This document shows positions 7,531 to 14,092 of a stretch of 35,478 nt of DNA, piece by piece; the stretch's first letter is position 1; every line of letters begins with the position of its first letter. Under the pieces are notes generated by a model. The model was given only the letters and a program-made list of their open reading frames with translations, searched no databases and was not told the DNA's origin. This DNA comes from Chrysiogenales bacterium. GTDB taxonomy: Bacteria; Acidobacteriota; Aminicenantia; UBA2199. A program made the translations under genes and the position numbers. The stretch lies in NCBI GenBank assembly GCA_004525465.1, contig SPCN01000001.1, positions 1 through 35,478 of the forward strand, written 5' to 3'.

Positions 7531-7559
7531 TTGACTTTTAAGCCGATTTTTTATAACAT
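7531..7559 (+). promoter_or_regulatory. Candidate sigma70-type promoter of the formate dehydrogenase operon
   Basis: TTGACT (7531-7536), then either TATAAC (7552-7557, 15-nt spacer) or TAACAT (7554-7559, 17-nt spacer). An AT palindrome ATAAAA-T-TTTTAT lies just upstream at 7506-7518. The leader to the ATG at 7642 is about 80 nt. Confidence 0.35.
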
Positions 7560-7641
7560 GAATTTTACATGTGACTCCGGCCGCGGATTGCGTCCAGGGT
7601 CAGGTTTTTTACCCGCGGATACGCTGAAGAGGAGAAAATAG

Positions 7642-7977
7642 ATGTTGGTCAAAGAGGTTGCCGACAAGCTGGACTTGAAAATTCTGGCTGCTGGTGTCGA
7701 TCAGGAAGTGACAAGCGGATACGTGTCCGACCTGCTGTCCGATGTCATTGCCAACGCCGAAGAAGGTTGCCTGTGGATCACCGTGCAAAAGCACCTGAAC
7801 ATCGTGGCCGTGGCCCAGTTGAAAAAACTGGCCGGCATCGTCCTCAGCCGCGGCAGCGAACCCGAAGCCGCCGTTTTGGCCCGGGCCGGGCAGGAAGGCC
7901 TGTTCATTCTTTCCGGAGCCGAGGATTCCTTCACCATTGCCGGCAAATTGTACGCCCTCATTTCCGCATCGAAGTAA
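7642..7977 (+). CDS. DRTGG-domain protein (paralog 2), first gene of the FDH operon
   Basis: 111 aa. VKEVADKLDLKILAAG...VSDLLSDVIA...ITVQKHLNIVAVA...IVLSRGSEP...FILSG aligns with the 6379-6735 product. GAGGAG RBS lies 8 nt upstream. Confidence 0.8.
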   Translation: MLVKEVADKLDLKILAAGVDQEVTSGYVSDLLSDVIANAEEGCLWITVQKHLNIVAVAQLKKLAGIVLSRGSEPEAAVLARAGQEGLFILSGAEDSFTIAGKLYALISASK

Positions 7978-8040
7978 TGCGATCTTGTCCAGGGCAAGGC
8001 AGGGGATATCATGGTCTTTCACTCTCAAAAGGAGGCTTGC

Positions 8041-8571
8041 ATGGAAGCTCAACCGCTCCATATCCCGGATAATGCCCATTACCAGGAACTGAAAAAATTC
8101 ATCGAGGCTAACCGCAATGTTCCCGGCCCCCTGATCCAGGTCCTGCACCGGGCCCAGAAAATTTTCGGTTATCTGCCCTTGGAGGTCCAGCACTTCGTTG
8201 CCCGTGAATTGAATGTGCCCTTGGCTAAAGTTTTCGGCGTGATAACCTTTTACAATTTTTTCCGCCTGGACCCCATCGGCGATCATATCATCAACCTCTG
8301 CTTGGGCACGGCCTGCCATGTCAAGGGGGCATCGGACATCATCAAGGTCATGGAAAAGGAATTGGGCATCAAGGTGGGTGGCACCACGGCCGATCGCTTC
8401 TATACCCTGTCCACGGCCCGTTGTTTCGGAGCTTGCGGACTGGCCCCGGTCATGATGCTCGACGAAGAGGTGCACGGCCGGCTCAATCCCCAGAAGACCA
8501 TCAAGATTTTGCGAGACCTGAAAGCCGAAGCCGCCGGCCCTGGGCAAACCAAAAACAAGGAGAAAAAATGA
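8041..8571 (+). CDS. NuoE/HydC/FdsG-like thioredoxin-fold [2Fe-2S] subunit (copy 1)
   Basis: Start moved to the ATG at 8041 (AAGGAGG 5 nt upstream). Cluster motif is LCLGTACHVKG ... CFGACGLAPV (C-x4-C ... C-x3-C). The stop overlaps the next start (ATGA). Confidence 0.9.
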   Translation: MEAQPLHIPDNAHYQELKKFIEANRNVPGPLIQVLHRAQKIFGYLPLEVQHFVARELNVPLAKVFGVITFYNFFRLDPIGDHIINLCLGTACHVKGASDIIKVMEKELGIKVGGTTADRFYTLSTARCFGACGLAPVMMLDEEVHGRLNPQKTIKILRDLKAEAAGPGQTKNKEKK

Positions 8572-8930
8572 AACTCGAGGATTTAAAGAAGATAAGGGAA
8601 AAAACGGAAAAGGACATGCTGCTGCGAGCCGGAAAAACGCGGCTGCAGGTGGTTGTGGGCATGGGTACCAGCGGCATCGCTGCCGGCGCCCGTGAAACCC
8701 TGAAAGTGTTGCTTGAAGAAGTGGAAAAACGCAACCTGCGCGACGTCATCGTCCGTCAGGCCGGTGAACGCGGTTTGAGCTCGCACGAACCGATCGTCAC
8801 GGTCATGGAGGAAGGCAAGCCATCCGTGGTTTACGGTAATGTCAGCGGCGAAATGGCCCGCAAGATCGTAGCCGAGCACCTGGTAAACGGCAATCCCCTT
8901 TCGGAATCCATCATCGAAGTCAAGGAATAA
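8568..8930 (+). CDS. HndB/HydD-like small thioredoxin-fold subunit, completely Cys-free
   Basis: Start at the ATG at 8568 (AAGGAG upstream); the track ORF 8421 extension is out of character. VVVGMGTSGIAAGA ... AGERGLSSHEPIV is the fold signature of the small 2Fe-2S-ferredoxin-like subunits, but the 120 aa contain no cysteine. Confidence 0.75.
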   Translation: MKLEDLKKIREKTEKDMLLRAGKTRLQVVVGMGTSGIAAGARETLKVLLEEVEKRNLRDVIVRQAGERGLSSHEPIVTVMEEGKPSVVYGNVSGEMARKIVAEHLVNGNPLSESIIEVKE

Positions 8931-8942
8931 AGCGAGGGCGAT

Positions 8943-11900
8943 ATGAACAAACGGCTGGATGTGCTGATCTGCGGAGGAGGTGCCTGTATCTCTTCCCACA
9001 GCCATGAACTCAAGAAGAAACTGCTGGAGGAGATCGAAAAAAACGGGTTGAGTGAAGAAGTTATCGTTGTGGAAACAGGCTGCATGGGCCCCTGCGAACT
9101 GGGGCCGGTCATGGTCGTTTATCCTGAAGGTTCCTTTTACATAAACTTAAAGGAAGAAAACGCCGAGGAGATCGTTCAGGAGCATTTCCTCAAAGGGCGG
9201 CCGGTGCAGAAATTTCTCTGGCAGGTCCCCGAGGCTCGCAGGATCGTCGAGCAGAAGAAGCAGATCCCTTTTTTTGAAAAGCAACTTAAGATCGTTTTAT
9301 CCAACTGCGGCAAGATCGATCCGGAAAACATCGGCGAATACATTGCCCAGCGCGGCTATGAGGCCCTGGGCACGGCCGTGACCCGCATGTCCCCCGAACA
9401 GGTCATCGATACCCTCACCAGGTCGGGGCTGCGCGGCCGCGGCGGTGCCGGCTTTTCCACCGGCCTGAAATGGAAATTCGCTTTTGACAGCAAAAGTGAC
9501 CAGAAATACGTCCTCTGCAACGCCGACGAAGGTGATCCAGGGGCTTTCATGGACCGGGCCGTGCTCGAGGGTGACCCGCACGCCGTGCTGGAAGGCATGG
9601 CCCTGGCCGGCTACGCCATCGGAGCCGACAAGGGCTATATCTACGTCCGAGCCGAATACCCCCTGGCCATAGAACGCCTGAACACGGCCATCGGCCAGGC
9701 CCGCGAAATGGGGCTGCTGGGCAAAAATATTTTCGAGACCTCTTTCCATTTCGACATCGAACTGCGCATGGGCGCCGGCGCTTTTGTCTGCGGGGAGGAG
9801 ACGGCGCTCATGGCCTCTGTCGAAGGCCAGCGCGGCCAGCCCAGGCCCAAACCGCCTTTTCCGGCGGTCAAGGGCTTGTGGGGCAAGCCTTCGGTGATCA
9901 ACAATGTCGAGACCCTGGCAAATGTCCGCCACATTCTGCTCAACGGCTGGGAGTGGTTCAGCGCCATCGGCACCGAAAGGAGCAAAGGCACCAAGGTCTT
10001 CGCCCTGTCGGGCAAGGTGACCAATACCGGCCTGGTGGAAGTGCCCATGGGCATCACCTTGGGCGAACTGGTATTCGATATCGGCGGCGGTATCCCCGGC
10101 GGCAAGGCCTTCAAGGCCGCCCAGACCGGCGGACCCTCGGGAGGCTGCATCCCGGCCAAGTACCTGAATACCTCCCTTGATTACGAGTCGCTGAAAACAT
10201 TAGGCTCGATCATGGGTTCCGGCGGCCTGATCGTCCTGGACGAGGACAGCTGCATGGTCAACATGGCCAAGTATTTCCTGGAGTTTTCTTTGGAGGAATC
10301 CTGCGGCCAGTGTGTTCCCTGCCGGGTAGGCTTGAAGCAGATGTACGACTTGCTGGAAAAAATCACCACCGGCAGCGGCACCATGGCCGACCTTGAAAAA
10401 CTCGAACAACTTGCCTATACGGTACGGGCTACTTCACTCTGCGGCCTTGGTCAGGCGGCACCCAACCCGGTTATTTCGACCATCAAATATTTCAAGCACG
10501 AATATATCGAACATATACAGGAAAAAAAATGTACGGCCGGCGTGTGCGCGGCCTTATTCCCGGCTCCCTGTGTCAACGCCTGCCCGGCCGGGGTTGATGC
10601 CGCCTCCTATGTTTCGCACATGGGCGACGGCCGCCTGCGCGAGGCCTATTTTCAGCACATGCAGAACAACCCGTTTCCCATCGTCTGCGCCCGGGTCTGT
10701 CCGGCTTTCTGCGAAAGCAAGTGTTCGCGCGGCAAGTACGATCAGGCCGTGGCCATACGCGAAGTCAAGCGCCTGTTCGCCGACTGGGCCATCGACCAAG
10801 GACTGGGATTCGCACCGCCGCTGCCGGCGCACAAGGAAAAAGTAGCCGTGGTCGGCGCCGGGCCGGCCGGGCTGGCCTGCGCTTTCTACCTGACCCGTCT
10901 GGGCTACAAGCCGGTGGTTTTCGAAGCCCTGAAAGTGGCCGGCGGCATGATGAAGGTCGGCATCCCCGATTTCCGCCTGCCCAAGGACAAGCTGCAGGCC
11001 GAGATCGCGGTCATCGAAAAGGCCGGGGTGCAGATCAAACTGAATTCTCCGGTGGCCAATATAGACGAATTGACGAATAGTGGCTATGCCGCCGTGTTCA
11101 TCGGCAGCGGCGCTCATCAGGCCCAGAAGCTGAATATCGAAGGCATCGACCTCAAGGGCGTGATGTCAGGCATCGATTTCCTGCGCGAGGTCAACCTGGG
11201 CCGCAAAATAAATATCGGCAATGACATAGTGGTGGTCGGCGGCGGTTCGACCGCCATGGACGCCGCCCGCCTGGCCCGCCGCCTGGGGGCCGGCAACGTG
11301 CGCCTGGTCTACCGGCGCACCCGCAGTGAAATGCCGGCCCTGCTTGAAGAAGTGGTCGGGGCCGAGGCAGAAGGCGTGGAAATGGATTTCCTGGTCAATC
11401 CGCTCAAAATCGTCGGCCGCGCCGGCAAGATCAGCGGCATCCATTGCATCAAGACCGAGCTGGCCGATTTTGACGATTCAGGCCGCCGCCGGCCGGTCCC
11501 GGTCGATGGCAGCGAGTACACTATCCGCGCCAGTTTCATCATCTATTGCCTGGGCCAGAAGCTCAGCCTGGGACTGACCGGGGGCAAGCTGGACCTGGAT
11601 AAGCGCGGCCATATCGCCGTGGATGCGCGCACCATGGTCACCAGCGCCGCGGGAGTATTCGCCGGCGGCGACGCCGTCAATCCCGCGACCGTGATCGAAA
11701 GCGTGGCTCAAGGGCGCCTGGCGGCCGTGAGCATCGACCGTTATTTCGGCCGTGAAGGCCGGCTCTATGACCAGCCGCGCCGGGTGGTCGAGGTCCATTA
11801 TGACGAAGAGGCCTACCTGAAGACCATCGAGCGCAAGGAGCCCCTGCTCGAGGATGCCGAAAAGCGCGTTAGCGAATTGGCCCTGGAGGTCAGCCGCGGA

Positions 11901-12017
11901 TTGACAGCGGATGAGGCCGTGGAAGAGGCGCGGCGCTGTTTGCACTGCGATCGCGACCAGGCACCGGAAAAGGAAGCCAGCACGACCGAATCATTGGCCA
12001 TTGAGGCCATGCTGTGA
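8943..12017 (+). CDS. Fusion protein: Trx-like [2Fe-2S] domain + NuoF/HydB-like FMN/NADH module + GltD/NfnB-like 2x[4Fe-4S]-FAD-NADPH module
   Basis: aa 1-95: ICGGGAC ... TGCMGPCELGP. NuoF core: GLRGRGGAGFSTGLKW, ADEGDPGAFMDR, ESCGQCVPCRVG ... LCGLG. From Cys530 (nt 10530): CTAGVCAALFPAPCVNACPAG ... VCARVCPAFCESKCSRG, then VAVVGAGPAGLA (FAD), VVVGGGSTAMDAA and VRLVYRRTRSEMPA (NADPH-type), and GVFAGGD. Confidence 0.9.
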   Translation: MNKRLDVLICGGGACISSHSHELKKKLLEEIEKNGLSEEVIVVETGCMGPCELGPVMVVYPEGSFYINLKEENAEEIVQEHFLKGRPVQKFLWQVPEARRIVEQKKQIPFFEKQLKIVLSNCGKIDPENIGEYIAQRGYEALGTAVTRMSPEQVIDTLTRSGLRGRGGAGFSTGLKWKFAFDSKSDQKYVLCNADEGDPGAFMDRAVLEGDPHAVLEGMALAGYAIGADKGYIYVRAEYPLAIERLNTAIGQAREMGLLGKNIFETSFHFDIELRMGAGAFVCGEETALMASVEGQRGQPRPKPPFPAVKGLWGKPSVINNVETLANVRHILLNGWEWFSAIGTERSKGTKVFALSGKVTNTGLVEVPMGITLGELVFDIGGGIPGGKAFKAAQTGGPSGGCIPAKYLNTSLDYESLKTLGSIMGSGGLIVLDEDSCMVNMAKYFLEFSLEESCGQCVPCRVGLKQMYDLLEKITTGSGTMADLEKLEQLAYTVRATSLCGLGQAAPNPVISTIKYFKHEYIEHIQEKKCTAGVCAALFPAPCVNACPAGVDAASYVSHMGDGRLREAYFQHMQNNPFPIVCARVCPAFCESKCSRGKYDQAVAIREVKRLFADWAIDQGLGFAPPLPAHKEKVAVVGAGPAGLACAFYLTRLGYKPVVFEALKVAGGMMKVGIPDFRLPKDKLQAEIAVIEKAGVQIKLNSPVANIDELTNSGYAAVFIGSGAHQAQKLNIEGIDLKGVMSGIDFLREVNLGRKINIGNDIVVVGGGSTAMDAARLARRLGAGNVRLVYRRTRSEMPALLEEVVGAEAEGVEMDFLVNPLKIVGRAGKISGIHCIKTELADFDDSGRRRPVPVDGSEYTIRASFIIYCLGQKLSLGLTGGKLDLDKRGHIAVDARTMVTSAAGVFAGGDAVNPATVIESVAQGRLAAVSIDRYFGREGRLYDQPRRVVEVHYDEEAYLKTIERKEPLLEDAEKRVSELALEVSRGLTADEAVEEARRCLHCDRDQAPEKEASTTESLAIEAML

Positions 12018-12024
12018 GGAATGT

Positions 12025-12483
12025 ATGAACCGTGAAAAAATACTGCATAATTACGAGGCTTCGGACGACAACCTGCTGGCCATCCTGCACGATATCCAGG
12101 ATGCCAGTCCCGAGCACTACCTGAGCGAAGCCGACCTGCGAGCCGTCGCCGACTACCTCGGCTTGGCCTACAGTTTCGTGTACGGCGTAGCCACGTTCTA
12201 CACCATGTTCAGCCTGAAACCCCGGGGCAGGCACCTCATCCGCGTCTGCCAGTCTCCTCCCTGCCACCTGCTGGGCTCCACGAATATCGCCAAGGAGTTG
12301 ATCCGGCTGCTGGGAATCGGTTTCGGCGAAACCAGCGCCGACAAGCGCTTTACCTTGGAAATGTCATCCTGCCTGGGCGTGTGCGGAGTGGCTCCGGCCA
12401 TGATGGTCAATAGCCAGGTCTACGGCAACCTGACCCCCGATCTCATCGCGGAAGTCATCGAAGGGTTGCGGAGGGGAAAATGA
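12025..12483 (+). CDS. NuoE/HydC/FdsG-like [2Fe-2S] subunit (copy 2)
   Basis: Start at the ATG at 12025 (MNREKIL) after GAGGAA; the track ORF start at 11911 lies inside the upstream gene. Cluster motif is VCQSPPCHLLG ... SCLGVCGVAPA. The stop overlaps the next start. Confidence 0.9.
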   Translation: MNREKILHNYEASDDNLLAILHDIQDASPEHYLSEADLRAVADYLGLAYSFVYGVATFYTMFSLKPRGRHLIRVCQSPPCHLLGSTNIAKELIRLLGIGFGETSADKRFTLEMSSCLGVCGVAPAMMVNSQVYGNLTPDLIAEVIEGLRRGK

Positions 12484-14078
12484 GCATTTACCGTACGCAC
12501 ATCCTGCTGCCGATCGACGAGGGAACAGTTCTGGCCGGGGTTTTCCAAGTCAAACGCCGGCTGGAAAGAGAGTTGCAATCGAGAAAAATGCAGAATGAAA
12601 TAAAAGTCTTGGAAAGCGGCAGCGTCGGCATTGTCGGAAAAGGCGTCATCCTGACCGTTTTTCCCGACCGCATGTACTATTTTCAGGTCAAGGAAAACGA
12701 CATCGCCCGCATCATCGAGGAGCATTTGCTCAAAGGGCGGATCGTCGCCGACCTGGCCCACGGCCACGTGGCCGACATGACTGCGGACCTGACCGCTGCC
12801 CGCGTCGGACTGACGCGCGAGCAGCGCCGCGTGGTGCTGGACAAAGCCTGGGCCGTGGATCCGCAAAACATCAATGAAGTCCTGGCCGCCGGCGCTTACC
12901 GGGCCCTGGAAAAAATATTCAGCGACAAACTCAGCCCGGAACAGGTGATCGAAGAAGTAAAGCGATCGGGGCTGCGCGGCCGCGGCGGCGCCGGATTTCC
13001 CACCGGCATGAAATGGGAATTCACGCGCCAGGCGGCGGGCGCTGAAAAATACATCATCTGCAACGCCGATGAGGGTGAGCCCGGAACCTTCAAGGACCGG
13101 CTGATCCTCGAGGGTGATCCGCACAAACTTATCGAGGCCATGACCATCGCCGCCTTCGCCATCGGCGCCGGCCGCGGCTATGTCTATATCCGCGGCGAAT
13201 ACGGGCTCTCCATCGAGCGCATGCAAAAGGCCATCGACCAGGCCCGGGAATTCAACCTGTTGGGTAAAAACATCCTGGAGACCGGCTTTGCCTTCGAACT
13301 GGAAATCAAAAAGGGCGCCGGAGCCTATATCTGCGGCGAGGAAACGGCGCTGATCGAATCGCTGGAAGGCAAGCGCGGCAACCCGCGCGTCAAGCCGCCT
13401 TACCCGGTCAGCAAAGGGCTGTGGCAGAAACCCACCGCGGTCAACAATGTTGAAACCCTGGCCAATATTCCGGCCATCATCAGCAACGGCGCCGGCTGGT
13501 TCCGCAAGATCGGCACCGAAAAGTGCCCGGGCACCAAGGTGTTTACCATTCTCGGACACGTCGAGTACCCGGGGCTGATCGAGACCGACATGGGCACGCC
13601 CTTGCGCGAGATCATTTTCTCGTTCGGGGGCGGCATCAAGGGCGGCAAAAAATTCAAAGCTGCTTTACTCGGCGGCGCCGCCGGTGTGTTCCTGTCCGAA
13701 CCCCTGCTGGACGTGAAGATGGATTTCGAGAACCTGAAGGAAAGCAAGGCGGTGCTCGGTTCCGGGGCCGTACTGGTCATGAACGAGGACACTTCGATCG
13801 TGGACATGCTCTTTTCCATCGCCAAGTTTTTCGCCCACGAATCCTGCGGCCAGTGTGCGCCCTGCCGCATCGGCACCAGGCAGATCCTCAATATCGTCTA
13901 CCGCATCCGCCGTGGAGCCGGGAAAAAGGGTGACCCGCAGACCCTGCTGCATCTGGCCGAGACCATGTTCAAATCATCGCTCTGCCCGCTGGGTCAGTCG
14001 CTGGTCATGCCGGTCAAGAGCGCCCTGGAAAATTTTAAAGACGAATTCGCGTTGGCCATCAGCCAATCTGAGAAATAA
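12480..14078 (+). CDS. NuoF/HydB/FdsB-like FMN/NAD(H) [4Fe-4S] subunit (copy 2) with a degenerate, Cys-free N-terminal Trx-like domain
   Basis: GLRGRGGAGFPTGMKW, ADEGEPGTFKDR, ESCGQCAPCRIG ... SLCPLGQS. The N-domain ESGSVGIVGKGVILTVFPDRMYYFQVKENDIARIIEEHLLKGR aligns with ETGCMGPCELGPVMVVYPEGSFYINLKEENAEEIVQEHFLKGR of the fusion protein, but all Cys ligands are replaced. There is no C-terminal ferredoxin domain. Confidence 0.9.
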   Translation: MSIYRTHILLPIDEGTVLAGVFQVKRRLERELQSRKMQNEIKVLESGSVGIVGKGVILTVFPDRMYYFQVKENDIARIIEEHLLKGRIVADLAHGHVADMTADLTAARVGLTREQRRVVLDKAWAVDPQNINEVLAAGAYRALEKIFSDKLSPEQVIEEVKRSGLRGRGGAGFPTGMKWEFTRQAAGAEKYIICNADEGEPGTFKDRLILEGDPHKLIEAMTIAAFAIGAGRGYVYIRGEYGLSIERMQKAIDQAREFNLLGKNILETGFAFELEIKKGAGAYICGEETALIESLEGKRGNPRVKPPYPVSKGLWQKPTAVNNVETLANIPAIISNGAGWFRKIGTEKCPGTKVFTILGHVEYPGLIETDMGTPLREIIFSFGGGIKGGKKFKAALLGGAAGVFLSEPLLDVKMDFENLKESKAVLGSGAVLVMNEDTSIVDMLFSIAKFFAHESCGQCAPCRIGTRQILNIVYRIRRGAGKKGDPQTLLHLAETMFKSSLCPLGQSLVMPVKSALENFKDEFALAISQSEK

Positions 14079-14092
14079 CAAAGGAGGCATGC

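Noticed and set aside
7575-7625. Duplicated CCGCGGAT motifs in the FDH operon leader as a possible riboswitch or attenuator
   Set aside because: Only a 6-bp self-complementary CCGCGG pairing is possible. I see no resemblance to a known riboswitch core (for example the Moco RNA motif), so it is left unannotated.
7609-8547. 312-aa minus-strand ORF across the DRTGG/NuoE region
   Set aside because: It is antisense to two genes with clear family motifs and RBSs. The sequence is low-complexity (G/A/D/Q-rich) with no recognisable domain.
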